A stretch of 64,000 nucleotides of DNA from Candidatus Bathyarchaeota archaeon (lineage in GTDB: Archaea; Thermoproteota; Bathyarchaeia; 40CM-2-53-6). The notes under the pieces were generated by a model. It did not search any database. It saw only the letters and a program-made list of their open reading frames with translations, and was not told the DNA's origin. Below are positions 28,599-38,523 of this stretch, in pieces (within the stretch, counting starts at the first letter, position 1; the number at the start of each line of letters is the position of its first letter). The stretch lies in the NCBI GenBank assembly GCA_963726255.1, contig CAVSBL010000002.1, forward strand, positions 1,504,001 to 1,568,000, in the 5' to 3' direction. A program made the position numbers and the translations under genes.

Positions 28599-29879
28599 TC
28601 ACCTGTAAAGCAAGAGGTCCGTCCTTCCCCTCAATTCCTTGATTGAGCGTAACCCAAGGCTTGCCAAGATTGTTCTCCACTGCTGGGACCATGAAGTGTA
28701 GAGGTTTACGATTCTTTGCGCGCCCCATTGCGGCTCAATGAGCAGAGTGAGCTCAGGGTCGGTTGTTGTGATTCCTACTTGGCATCCCCTTCCACGTTCG
28801 CAGTTGCCGCAATGCGTGCAACCGACTGCCACAGTTTCAGCCGTCCCAATCACGCAGCCGTCCGCTCCGAGGGCAATGGCTTTGGCCACATCGTATGCTG
28901 TTCTAATTCCGCCGCTCGCCATCACCGTGAGCTCGTCCCTTACTCCTTCCGCGACTAGGTAGCGGTGAACCTTCGGAATCGCATACTCTATGGGCATGGC
29001 AATGTTCTTCTTGGCAATCTCTGGTGCCGCGCCCGTCCCCCCGTAGCCCCCATCGAGGTGCAAGATGTTTGCATCTGCGTAGTAGCTACCAATGGCGACC
29101 ATGTCAACATCGGATGGAGTCGAAACCTTCACAGACACCAAACACTTGGGGTTGACAGCACGAATCCAGTCGACATGCTTCTTGTGGTCTTCAACTGAGT
29201 AGACACTGTGAAAGGGAAACGGGGAATAAAGCGAGGTGAAGGGCATTGATTCCCTCATGCTCGCCACTTCTGACGTCACCTTATCAGCGAGCAAGTGGCC
29301 GCCTAAGCCCGGCTTCGCCCCTTGGGCATACTTGAACTCAACAACCCTCGCCGCCTGAATCGTCTCTTCGCGCACCCCGAACATCCCGGTCGCAACCTGC
29401 GTGATCACATAATCCTTGTACTCCATGAGCGGGGGCGGGTAGCCCCCCTCACCCGTGGATGTGAAGGTGCCCAATCGTTTCGCGGCGATAGCCCTAGCGA
29501 GCATAAAGTTGAGGCTAACCGAACCGAACGACATACCGCCGCCGTAGATGGGTATGGGGATTGTAATCTTGGGGCCGAAGTTCCGGCGGTTCAACCCAAT
29601 CGAGAGGTCATAGTCCTCGTCCCCAAGCCCTGAGTGGTTTTTGATGTTCTTGAAGTCTAGTCGATCGAAACCGCCGCCTGATTTCCCTACCTTGTACTCG
29701 AGCTGGCTGGGAGGTTTGCCGGTGGTGGCTTGTTCGTAGGTTGCGAATATCAGCCCCGAGGTCCATCTCTTGTTTCCAAGCCCGCCTGGGATACCGTGTC
29801 TAAGCGTTGGTAGAACGTTGAGCCCGTGGTGGATTAGTTTTGTATGCTTCTGAACGATCATTTCACGTTGCGCGTTCAA
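28599..29879 (-). CDS. Glutamate synthase FMN-binding subunit
   Basis: GMSFGS, TGEGG, QVATGMFGV, QGAKPGLGGHL, GGTGAAP, CTHCGNCERGRGC cluster motif. Confidence 0.92.
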   Translation of the reverse strand: MNAQREMIVQKHTKLIHHGLNVLPTLRHGIPGGLGNKRWTSGLIFATYEQATTGKPPSQLEYKVGKSGGGFDRLDFKNIKNHSGLGDEDYDLSIGLNRRNFGPKITIPIPIYGGGMSFGSVSLNFMLARAIAAKRLGTFTSTGEGGYPPPLMEYKDYVITQVATGMFGVREETIQAARVVEFKYAQGAKPGLGGHLLADKVTSEVASMRESMPFTSLYSPFPFHSVYSVEDHKKHVDWIRAVNPKCLVSVKVSTPSDVDMVAIGSYYADANILHLDGGYGGTGAAPEIAKKNIAMPIEYAIPKVHRYLVAEGVRDELTVMASGGIRTAYDVAKAIALGADGCVIGTAETVAVGCTHCGNCERGRGCQVGITTTDPELTLLIEPQWGAQRIVNLYTSWSQQWRTILASLGLRSIKELRGRTDLLLYR

Positions 29880-31446
29880 TATCGGCAAACGCCTCCTTTT
29901 CCAAATCCTCGTTGAACATCGCCCGGCCCACGTCACCCCTCAACCGTCTGACGTCACGCATTCCCATAGCGCTCAAAATCTCGATGAGTTGGTCATGCCA
30001 AGAAGCGAATAGGTTAACCAGCCGCTGTTCACCCCATTCCACGTCAAACTTCTCCGAGGTGATGCGGCCAGTTTCAGGGGACCTGCACTCGGTCAGAAAT
30101 TGGGCTTGAAGGGCGACGAGGACGGTTGTATCGATGGCCACGAGGTCGGCACCGCAGATTATTGCCTTAGGGACATGTTCTGCCAGCGTTATTCCGCCAC
30201 TCGCGATTAAGGTAACTTCGTCTCGCAGAGATTCTTTCACAAGTTTACCGTGCACGGAACGGAGAAGGTCTCCTACGAACATTGGGTTCTCCTCGTCCCA
30301 CCCTTTGCCGTGGTAGTCTGCGAAGAAGTGAATTATGTCGACACCAGCCCGAACCAAGCCCACAGCCGTCTCCGGCGAATCATTTGACAGTGGGACACGG
30401 ACTGAAATCGGAGCTCTAGGGTTGATTTCTCTAATTCTATCAACCGCGCCGGGCTCATATTCTGTTAGCTCGATCGCTTGCGCTGCAAGTACCGAATCAC
30501 GGTCTCCGTTAGTGCTTGCAGGTGAAATCAAGGGGACTAGTCGCCTCCGGTGTGAGCTGAAGAATTCTTGAGCTTGGCTTGGCGCTGCGATGAATAGGGT
30601 GCCTGTTTTTGCAGCCGCGCCAGCGACTGATTGTATTATGGATTGGCTGCTTAGGTTTGGTGGCAGGTAGTCGAAGATTATTGGTAATGAGACTTCGACG
30701 GTGCTTGTTGACAGGTCGGGTTTCTGGTTGAAGAAATCTAGGAATTTTTGTTTACGTCCCATGTCGACGATGGTGGAGATGTATTCCCTGCCGTAGACTC
30801 CGTCGCGGGTGGGCCGGACTATCTCTGACATGTCGGTCCACATTGAATCCCAGCCTGGGCCGGCAAAAGCTCCCTTGTACCCCATACCCTTGATGGGAAT
30901 CTTTCCGGTCTCGGCCTCGTACGAGACCGTAGCTATTGGCGACCCGCTCGCGGTAGCCGGATCCTCGGGGATCCAATAGGAGTCAGCGAACCTGAAGAAT
31001 TCCGGGTTACGGTCGACCGTGCAGAAGCTTGGATACTCCTGAACGCACCTCATGCAACCTGTGCATTTTTCTCGTAGAGGATGAAAACCGCCGAACCGGC
31101 TGCCAAATACTCCGTAAATGCAAGGCCTAGTCATAAGGGCGGCGCGGTATTCCTTTCGCCTTAACTTGAAGCCGTAGTCGAACACTTCTCGAAGCAACAA
31201 GCGTGCAAGCCCGACTTTCCCCACTCTCGGATAGAACGGATGAGGTTGCTCGCAGCGCGGTGGCGCTGGACTGACCTCAATCTTGTAGCGCACGTATGCA
31301 CCCGGTTTCTCTGCTTTTACGACCGGCTCAGAGTCTACGCTGTTGGCTTGCTCTAGCAATTGTAGCGCTCCATCGCTGTAGTGAACTATAGAGCCGCAGG
31401 GAATGCGTTGAACAAATATATCCGTATGGGCCGAATCGATAGACAA
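29863..31446 (-). CDS. Second, divergent glutamate synthase FMN-fold subunit with an N-terminal ferredoxin-like motif
   Basis: CTGCMRCVQEYP; WTDMSEIVRPTRDG; ASGGI..AEHVPKAIICGAD; GMRDVRRLRGDVGR. Confidence 0.82.
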   Translation of the reverse strand: MSIDSAHTDIFVQRIPCGSIVHYSDGALQLLEQANSVDSEPVVKAEKPGAYVRYKIEVSPAPPRCEQPHPFYPRVGKVGLARLLLREVFDYGFKLRRKEYRAALMTRPCIYGVFGSRFGGFHPLREKCTGCMRCVQEYPSFCTVDRNPEFFRFADSYWIPEDPATASGSPIATVSYEAETGKIPIKGMGYKGAFAGPGWDSMWTDMSEIVRPTRDGVYGREYISTIVDMGRKQKFLDFFNQKPDLSTSTVEVSLPIIFDYLPPNLSSQSIIQSVAGAAAKTGTLFIAAPSQAQEFFSSHRRRLVPLISPASTNGDRDSVLAAQAIELTEYEPGAVDRIREINPRAPISVRVPLSNDSPETAVGLVRAGVDIIHFFADYHGKGWDEENPMFVGDLLRSVHGKLVKESLRDEVTLIASGGITLAEHVPKAIICGADLVAIDTTVLVALQAQFLTECRSPETGRITSEKFDVEWGEQRLVNLFASWHDQLIEILSAMGMRDVRRLRGDVGRAMFNEDLEKEAFADIERAT

Positions 31447-31492
31447 ATGTACCTCGAATAGGCAGCATTATAGATGAACGCGCATAAAATGG

Positions 31493-31963
31493 GTGTCGAA
31501 GTTGTCTTCTGTTGAACGTTTGCGCATCGATGACGTTGACCGAAAGATATTGAGTGAGCTTCTTCGCGATTGCAGGCGGTCATACCGGTCGCTCGCTCGT
31601 CGGGCCGGTATCTCTGTGGGGACCGTTCTCAGCCGCATTCGCAGACTGGAGAAGGCTGGGATCATCAAAGGCTACTCAGCCCTGCTCGATCATGAAAAGC
31701 TAGGTTACCAGCTCACCGTCATAGCGGAAATCACCGTGTTGAAAGGAAAGTTGCTTGAGATGGAGGAGGCGATTGGGAAACTCTCCAACACTTGCGCCGT
31801 GTATGATGTTACGGGGCTCACGGATGCCCTTGTGATAGCGAAGTTCCATTCTCGAGAAGAACTGAGTAAGTTCACGAAGAACCTTCTGAGCATGCCCTTC
31901 GTGGACCGAACCAACACTCACGTTGTCCTAACGACGATTAAGGAAGATTTACGGCTCCTCTAG
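31493..31963 (+). CDS. Lrp/AsnC transcriptional regulator
   Basis: DDVDRKIL..DCRRSYRSLA..HTH plus RAM domain; divergent from the glutamate synthase cluster. Confidence 0.95.
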   Translation: MSKLSSVERLRIDDVDRKILSELLRDCRRSYRSLARRAGISVGTVLSRIRRLEKAGIIKGYSALLDHEKLGYQLTVIAEITVLKGKLLEMEEAIGKLSNTCAVYDVTGLTDALVIAKFHSREELSKFTKNLLSMPFVDRTNTHVVLTTIKEDLRLL

Positions 31964-31973
31964 CTCCGCCAGG

Positions 31974-32984
31974 TTGTTTAGGGATTTGGCTTACGCGTTG
32001 CGGCAGTCGAGCTACTTGGCCGGCTCCATAGGAGCCTTTGTCCAAGTTCTAGGCTTATGGGACATCTACTTCTCCACTCAGCTCGGAACCATTGATGTTT
32101 GGTGGACCATGGCTCACCTTGCGCTCTATGTGGGGATTACTGTGTCCGTTCTGGCAATTTGGCGAGGTGTCAAGGCTCCGCGAATGCACCCTGCAAGCAC
32201 TGTCCCGATTAATTTTGTGAATGTGGTCGGGCTCAAGTTAGCGCGTGTGGGTTCAGTGATTGAGATCATCGCCCTAATGTGGAGTGAGCTTGCTCAGCAA
32301 TTTTTCGCTAGTGAACTCTACACTTCTCTTTTCCTTTCGGCCTTGACTGTCGGCTTGTTGACCGTCACGCTTGGAATGGTCATTGGATTGACAATCGAGT
32401 TTGGATTGATCAAGCGCGAGATAATCGCTGCTTCAACCTTTATGCAGTGGTTAACGCTCATTGTGGTTGTGCTGATGTTCGCTTCGATTTGGTTGACGGC
32501 AGCTGGGTTTTTCCTATATTTAGCAACCTTATTCAGAACCATACTCGTCAATTTGGTAACGGCGACCTTCCTCGCCCTTGTTGCGCCACTCGTTCTAGTT
32601 CCTGCCAAGAGAGTGTTGCCGAGGTTTGGTACGGCTCTATCAATCGGTGTAGTATTCAGTGCAGTGTCTTACTTTGTCGTGGGAATCCGGCAGGCTTCGT
32701 CGTATGTTCCGTTGGGATTGCTGCCCTTGGCATTGTTTGACGTTCTGATCTTGGGTTTGAGGCGAGTGATGAATATGACGAAGGCTGGTCTCGTGACGTC
32801 GACGTTGACCGGATTACTTTTCGGGGCTACCTACTTTCCGTTCACTTTGTCGCTGTTTCCTTGGTCGTTTTCGCCGCAGCTTCCACTAGTAGCTGTGGTT
32901 CTGGGCAGCCTCGCTGGAGCGATACTTGGAAACGCCGTCTTCGCGGGACTTACTTCCGCTGTGTTCCGTGACGTTGCGGGCTGA
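31974..32984 (+). CDS. Hypothetical multi-pass membrane protein
   Basis: About 10 hydrophobic segments; N-terminal WD......G..D.WW..AH...Y.G motif. Confidence 0.75.
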   Translation: MFRDLAYALRQSSYLAGSIGAFVQVLGLWDIYFSTQLGTIDVWWTMAHLALYVGITVSVLAIWRGVKAPRMHPASTVPINFVNVVGLKLARVGSVIEIIALMWSELAQQFFASELYTSLFLSALTVGLLTVTLGMVIGLTIEFGLIKREIIAASTFMQWLTLIVVVLMFASIWLTAAGFFLYLATLFRTILVNLVTATFLALVAPLVLVPAKRVLPRFGTALSIGVVFSAVSYFVVGIRQASSYVPLGLLPLALFDVLILGLRRVMNMTKAGLVTSTLTGLLFGATYFPFTLSLFPWSFSPQLPLVAVVLGSLAGAILGNAVFAGLTSAVFRDVAG

Positions 32985-32991
32985 CGAGCGC

Positions 32992-33663
32992 CTACTTTTG
33001 TTTGTTTACGTAAATGCCTGCTGCGACATCCAAGCTCAGGGGGTACGAGTTCGAGCCCACCTTAACCATGATCGGGCCCTTGAACGGAGCCTTCTCCTCA
33101 ACCTTTACCTCGACTCCTGGAAGCATTCCTAGGTTGGCCAAGTAGCGTAACAGTTCGGTGTTCTCGTCAGGAATCTCGCTGACGACACCGCGCTGGCCTT
33201 GGCCAAGATTGGATAGGGCTTCGCTTTTTGTTGGTGCCAAGTACCCTTTCTCGTCTGGGATTGGGTTTCCGTGCGGGCAGGTCTCCGGGTTCCCAAGGGT
33301 CTTCTCAATGGAGGTGGCTAGGTTATCGCTTATGGCATGTTCAAGTTTGCATGCTTCCTCATGTGAATCTGTCCAATCATAATGCAAAACGTCGACCAGC
33401 AACCTCTCGGCGAGCCTGTGCCGCCTGAACACTGAGAGGGCGAGGCTTCTTCCTTGCCCTGTCAACTTGACACCCTTGTACGGTTCTCGTTCAACAAGCC
33501 CTTTCCCTTCCAGAACTTCCAGGGTGTTCGTCACACTACCCGGCGTTATGTTCAGTATCTTTGCGATATCTCCGGTTCGTGCGGCTCCGGTCTTCGCTTC
33601 TAGGTTGTAAATGGTTTTTAGGTACATTTCGGGAGCGACTGAGAATTCGTGACTCAAAGGCAA
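32992..33663 (-). CDS. DtxR/MntR-family metal-dependent repressor with FeoA domain
   Basis: EMYLKTIY, RRHRLAERLL, EEACKLEH, TCPHGNPIP, LRYL..LG..PG. Confidence 0.95.
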   Translation of the reverse strand: MPLSHEFSVAPEMYLKTIYNLEAKTGAARTGDIAKILNITPGSVTNTLEVLEGKGLVEREPYKGVKLTGQGRSLALSVFRRHRLAERLLVDVLHYDWTDSHEEACKLEHAISDNLATSIEKTLGNPETCPHGNPIPDEKGYLAPTKSEALSNLGQGQRGVVSEIPDENTELLRYLANLGMLPGVEVKVEEKAPFKGPIMVKVGSNSYPLSLDVAAGIYVNKQK

Positions 33664-33788
33664 AACCTGACTTTTGTTCCTCGTATCCACAACTAAGGCC
33701 ACCCGAAGAAAGATTCTTGGCATTTAGTATAACTACTGTATAGGCCGCCCGAAGGAGTCTAAATAGGGTACGAGCAGTTGAAAATGTC

Positions 33789-34424
33789 ATGGTCGGTACG
33801 AAACCTGACAAGAAACCTTTCGGAAGGGAGGGCCCGCCGAAAGGATATCCAAAGGACCAGGCCGTTTACGCTGACCCCGAAAACTGGCGTTACCCCCTAC
33901 ATACGCCCTGGCATGCTAAAGCAGCTCGCCGCTACTTTGACGACTCCTCAAACCGAGCCAAATACACTAGGGACGAACAGGCCTACATCGACTGGCGGAT
34001 CAATCAAGCCCTAGAAAAGTTCTCCAAGTCCGGGCCGTCGACAAGTGTGCGACGCCCCCCACCAAAGGTACCTTCCCGCAAGGCCGAAGAGCTAACTTTG
34101 GACCAACTGCTTCGATTATTCTTGGGCGCAGCACGCCTTCAACGTGCAAAGGAAATCGACGATGCACTCGTCACGGTTTCCGATTCAACCCCAGACTATA
34201 TCCGAGGGAAGGTCAAGGAGTATGTGGTCGAGATTAACCTCAAGAACCGAACGATACTGCACGACTGCCAAGATTGGCGCAAGAACATCGCTTCAAAGAA
34301 CATGTGCAAGCACCTCGGCAAGTTTCTATTAACTTTGGATGAAAAGAGGGCGACGAACTTCTTGAGAGAAGTGCTGGTCAACAAGGACAAATGGACTCTT
34401 GCGGCACCGACTACCGCAGAATAA
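33789..34424 (+). CDS. Hypothetical protein: DUF6582-like N-terminus plus SWIM-type zinc finger
   Basis: YADPENWRYPLHT..HAKAARRYF; HDCQDW..MCKHL. Confidence 0.7.
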   Translation: MVGTKPDKKPFGREGPPKGYPKDQAVYADPENWRYPLHTPWHAKAARRYFDDSSNRAKYTRDEQAYIDWRINQALEKFSKSGPSTSVRRPPPKVPSRKAEELTLDQLLRLFLGAARLQRAKEIDDALVTVSDSTPDYIRGKVKEYVVEINLKNRTILHDCQDWRKNIASKNMCKHLGKFLLTLDEKRATNFLREVLVNKDKWTLAAPTTAE

Positions 34425-35701
34425 TCTGCCTGATTATTAGCGGCGAACCTTTTCAGCATCTTCAAAATTTCGTGGCCGTGCTTAATCGTTCCCAGACGCC
34501 CTCTCCTTCCATAACTCTCTGTGAAACGCTCAGAACCGTCCGATTTGACATTCAACCCTGTTACTAGGATTGGCACTGGATCGTCGCTGTGGCCTTTTGT
34601 AACGCACGGAGTAGAGTGGTCGGCGGTAACGCAGAGCAACTTCGACCCTAACTCCTGGAGTCCGGCGAAGAAACCGGCATCGATATCCTCGATAGACTTC
34701 CTCTTTCCATCGAAGTCCCCATCATGTCCAGGCTCATCAGGACCCTTCAGATGAACGTAAACTAGGTCGTATTTCGCGGTGAGTTCCAGGGCCTTCTGTG
34801 TGCGTTGAGTGTAACCTTCAAGCGATCTGTCGGGTGGAAACACATCCGCGTCCATTCCAACCACCTTAGCGATTCCAAGCTCAACAGGCATGTCAGCCAC
34901 GGCTACGGACTTGAACCCGAATTTTTCTTTCAGCGTCTTCACTTTGGGCGTCTTGGTTCCGGCATCACGCATCAAAAGAAAGTTGGCTGGAAGGTCTCTG
35001 CGATCCCTTCTCCGAATGTTAACTGGGTGATCCCTTAGGACATCGAAGATTTCTGCTGCGAATTGGTTCAGGAGTTGCGCCGTTTGTGCTGCGACTTTCG
35101 TTTTGTTTAGCGGAACACACGTGGGTATAGGGGTTGGAAGTGTGACGCCCGATTTCGCAATCGTAACCTTGCCCTTGCGAGCATAAGCTGGGTCGAGGTT
35201 AGAGACGGAGCCTGAAAAACTCCTGTGATCTGCTCGAAAGACTAGTGCACAGCGATGGCCAATGGTCGCTTTGAGTTCGAACTTAGCTAGGGCTTTCAGA
35301 TTCGAGTTTTCGTTGACAGCTTCTACAAGTTCCCGTGCTTCATCCGTGGAGACGTTTCTGCCCGCTCGCCGGTCGGTTATCTGCCCGTCTTGGACGGTGG
35401 CGAAGTTGCACCGCAACGCCAAGTCTCCATTCTTGAACTCCATCCCTGAACCTAGCGCCTCGACAACACCCCTTGAAAGGTCGAGTTTGGACGGGTCGTA
35501 GCTGAGTAGGGAGAAAACGCCCGCATCACTTTCCGGGGCTATTCCCCGTTTCACGGTGTAGAGTATGCCCATCATTCCCTTCGCGGTGAGCTTGTCGAGG
35601 TTTGGAGTCTTCGCTGCCTCCAAGGGAGTTTGGTTTCCGCGTTCTGGGAATGGCAGATCACCCACGCCGTCCAGGATGACATACATTATTGGGTTTCGCA
35701 A
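34196..35701 (-). CDS. apgM: 2,3-bisphosphoglycerate-independent phosphoglycerate mutase (archaeal); 3' end overruns into the opposite gene
   Basis: LDGVGD, TPLEAAKTPNLD, PESD, HLKGPDEPGHDG, TADHSTP..HS.DPVP. Confidence 0.93.
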   Translation of the reverse strand: MRNPIMYVILDGVGDLPFPERGNQTPLEAAKTPNLDKLTAKGMMGILYTVKRGIAPESDAGVFSLLSYDPSKLDLSRGVVEALGSGMEFKNGDLALRCNFATVQDGQITDRRAGRNVSTDEARELVEAVNENSNLKALAKFELKATIGHRCALVFRADHRSFSGSVSNLDPAYARKGKVTIAKSGVTLPTPIPTCVPLNKTKVAAQTAQLLNQFAAEIFDVLRDHPVNIRRRDRRDLPANFLLMRDAGTKTPKVKTLKEKFGFKSVAVADMPVELGIAKVVGMDADVFPPDRSLEGYTQRTQKALELTAKYDLVYVHLKGPDEPGHDGDFDGKRKSIEDIDAGFFAGLQELGSKLLCVTADHSTPCVTKGHSDDPVPILVTGLNVKSDGSERFTESYGRRGRLGTIKHGHEILKMLKRFAANNQADYSAVVGAARVHLSLLTSTSLKKFVALFSSKVNRNLPRCLHMFFEAMFLRQSWQSCSIVRFLRLISTTYSLTFPRI

Positions 35702-35766
35702 GTCTCAGACACTCGACGGCTATCGTGACGCCCCGTTCAATATATTGATTAGAGCTAGGAAACTGC

Positions 35767-37212
35767 ATGGGTGATAAGGTATGCACAGTGGTCCCCGAGA
35801 AAACTAAGACCAAAATCGTTTGCACGATTGGCCCTTCGACGTCTTCTAGAGTGATGTTGAGACGGTTAACGCGTGCAGGAATGAACGTTGCTAGACTGAA
35901 CCTCTCCCATGGAACCTTAGATGAGCACGCCGCCCGAATGCGTTTGATCCGCTCGGTCTCGAGGGAGTTGAAGACTTCGCTCGGAATCTTGCTTGACTTG
36001 CCAGGGCCGAAGATTCGAGTTGGTAAGGTATTCCCGGAACCGGTGGAGCTGCGAGAAGGTGCACAGTTCACCCTAACGTCAAAGAGGATCATTGGCAACC
36101 AGAGGGCGGTTTCTCTCAGTCATCCTTCGATCTTGAAGCAGCTCAGGAAAGGGGACCGCGTTTTCCTTGAAGACGGCATAGTCCAGCTCTCAGTTCTACA
36201 GGCGAACAAGGACCAGGCCATTTGTAGGATCGTGAGAGGGGGGCACATCTCGTCAGGAAAGGGCGTCAATTTACCTGGGAAGAAGTTGAGACTTGGCGCC
36301 CTGACCAAGCAAGACATTGCCCTCCTTCGGTTCGCCGTTCAAAATGGGGCGGATTTTGTCGCCTTATCATTCGTGACGACCGCGGCTGAAGTTGCTAAAG
36401 CCAAACGACTAGTGAAAGACGCCGGATCTAAGGCGTGGATTATTGCGAAAATCGAAAAGCGCGAAGCGGTCGAGAACTTTGATGCAATTGTGCAGAAGGC
36501 ACATGGAGTAATGGTTGCTCGGGGTGACCTCGGCGTCGAGATGGAGCTTGAGGAGATCCCTACTCTTCAGAAGGAAATAATTGCGAAGGCTAACGCTGCC
36601 GGAAAACCTGTGATTACAGCCACCCAAATGTTGGAGTCCATGGTCAATAACCCTGTCCCAACACGTGCGGAAGTAACTGACATTGCGAACGCCATAATTG
36701 ACGGAACAGACGCGATCATGCTCTCAGAGGAAACTGCGGTAGGAAGGTACCCTGTTGAGGCGGTGAACGTTATGAAGCGAGTTGCCTCCGCAACGGAGAA
36801 GAATTTACCCTACAGTAGACTTCTCAACAGTAGGCGCAGACTTCTAAGACCGATCGTTCAGGATTTAATCAGTTACTCGGCTTGCGTAGTCGCATACCGA
36901 TTAGGCGCGGGTTGCATAGTGGCCCATACGAGAACCGGCCTTACGGCACATCGAGTGTCAAAGTTTCGGTCGCCGGTCCCTATCATTGCTCTGACATACA
37001 TTGTCCCAGTGATGAACAGGCTTTCGCTGCTCTGGGGCGTGTATCCCTACCGTGTAAAGAAACTCTCGACTACGGCTGAAATATTCTCGGCCGCAAAGGT
37101 CGCAGCCCGGCATAGCGGGACAGTTAGCCAAGACGGCAAGATTGTCGTGGTTTGCGGAGACCCATCCACACCCGGCGGCACCACAGACCTCTTACGCGTG
37201 CAGACAGTCTGA
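35767..37212 (+). CDS. pyk: Pyruvate kinase
   Basis: TKIVCTIGP, ARLNLSHG, DLPGPKIR, IAKIE, MVARGDLG, ATQMLESM. Confidence 0.98.
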   Translation: MGDKVCTVVPEKTKTKIVCTIGPSTSSRVMLRRLTRAGMNVARLNLSHGTLDEHAARMRLIRSVSRELKTSLGILLDLPGPKIRVGKVFPEPVELREGAQFTLTSKRIIGNQRAVSLSHPSILKQLRKGDRVFLEDGIVQLSVLQANKDQAICRIVRGGHISSGKGVNLPGKKLRLGALTKQDIALLRFAVQNGADFVALSFVTTAAEVAKAKRLVKDAGSKAWIIAKIEKREAVENFDAIVQKAHGVMVARGDLGVEMELEEIPTLQKEIIAKANAAGKPVITATQMLESMVNNPVPTRAEVTDIANAIIDGTDAIMLSEETAVGRYPVEAVNVMKRVASATEKNLPYSRLLNSRRRLLRPIVQDLISYSACVVAYRLGAGCIVAHTRTGLTAHRVSKFRSPVPIIALTYIVPVMNRLSLLWGVYPYRVKKLSTTAEIFSAAKVAARHSGTVSQDGKIVVVCGDPSTPGGTTDLLRVQTV

Positions 37213-37220
37213 GGAGCATG

Positions 37221-37266
37221 GACATAGCAACTAAGCAGTTAGTTGCCAGCGACTAACTGCTATGTT
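37221..37266. other. Overlapping, mutually exclusive inverted repeats just downstream of pyk (terminator or switch candidate)
   Basis: GCAACTAA-gcag-TTAGTTGC (37227-37246), GCAGTTAGTTG-ccag-CGACTAACTGC (37235-37260), and outer CATAGCA/TGCTATG. Confidence 0.6.
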
Positions 37267-37393
37267 TAGAGGGGCCTCTGATACGAATTTCTGAGGATAG
37301 GTTTATTCCGAGGCCAGGCCGAAGACCATAACGAGCAACAACCTAGATGACTTTCCGACCAAAGCAACACCATGCCAAGTTGAGGCCGCAGCC

Positions 37394-38461
37394 ATGACTG
37401 TGGGCAAAGAGGCAACACTCTACCAACAACTCCCACATGGCAGGGTGAGATGTACTGCGTGCGCCAGGTATTGCAACATTCCGGAAGGAAAGGTAGGCCT
37501 CTGCGGAATCCGAGGAAACACAAACGGAAAACTCTGGCTCTACGTCTACGGCAAAATAATCGCCGGCCACATAGACCCAATCGAAAAGAAACCCGTAACA
37601 CACTACATGCCCGGAACCAAGATCTTCTCAATCGCAACAACCGGTTGCAATTGGCTCTGTAGCTACTGTCAGAATAGTGACATTAGTCAACGGCGCAAAA
37701 TCGAAGGTTTGGACGCAACTCCCGAAGCGATTGTGGAGATGACGAAGCGCTATCGTTGTGAGGGGTTGGCCTATACCTACAATGAGCCATCGATCTTCAT
37801 CGAGTTCGCCCACGATATTGGGGTTCAGGCGCGGAAGGCTGGGCTGATCAACATATTCGTCTCGAACGGATATGACACGCCTGAGACGGTTGGGTTGATG
37901 CGGGATTTCCTCGATTGCATAACCGTCGACTTCAAGGGCAGTGGTGAAACCTCCTTTGTTAGGAAGTATATCGGAATCGCTAACGCCGACCCAATCTTCC
38001 AGACACTGCTAGAGATCCGTGACAAGACGAAGGTCCACATTGAAATCACGGACTTAATTGTCCCGGAGGTCGGAGACGACCTAGGAGTTGCGAAGAGGCT
38101 GTCTTCCTGGATTTATGATAACCTAGGCCCTGATACGCCGATTCACTTCCTACGCTTCCACCCAGACTACAAGATGATGAACCTACCACCAACCCCAGTC
38201 AAAACCCTGGAGAAGCATCACGCAATCGCCAAAGAAGTCGGGTTGAATTATGTGTACTTGGGCAACGTACCGGGGCACCCGCTCGAACACACCTATTGCT
38301 CAGGTTGCGGTAAGATGATTGTGGAACGGTTTGGTTTCGACATCACGGGCTGGCATATGGACGACCAGAACCGGTGCAAGTACTGTGGAAACGAAATCCC
38401 GATCGTAGGCCACTTGAGTAAGTCAATAAACGAAGAACGCTTCATCCCCATAGTAATGTGA
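37394..38461 (+). CDS. amrS: AmmeMemoRadiSam-system radical SAM enzyme
   Basis: C..C...C N-terminus, DPIEKKP, GCNWLCSYCQN, YTYNEP, RFHPDY, YVYLGNV. Confidence 0.9.
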   Translation: MTVGKEATLYQQLPHGRVRCTACARYCNIPEGKVGLCGIRGNTNGKLWLYVYGKIIAGHIDPIEKKPVTHYMPGTKIFSIATTGCNWLCSYCQNSDISQRRKIEGLDATPEAIVEMTKRYRCEGLAYTYNEPSIFIEFAHDIGVQARKAGLINIFVSNGYDTPETVGLMRDFLDCITVDFKGSGETSFVRKYIGIANADPIFQTLLEIRDKTKVHIEITDLIVPEVGDDLGVAKRLSSWIYDNLGPDTPIHFLRFHPDYKMMNLPPTPVKTLEKHHAIAKEVGLNYVYLGNVPGHPLEHTYCSGCGKMIVERFGFDITGWHMDDQNRCKYCGNEIPIVGHLSKSINEERFIPIVM

Positions 38462-38523
38462 ACCACATAGCCAGGAACAAATTCTATCCACGTCGTCGAG
38501 GTTCGTGGTCGCGTTCGTTCTTC

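Noticed and set aside
33737-33755. Possible DtxR operator (ATAGGCCGCCCGAA)
   Set aside because: The palindrome is too degenerate to support from a single instance.
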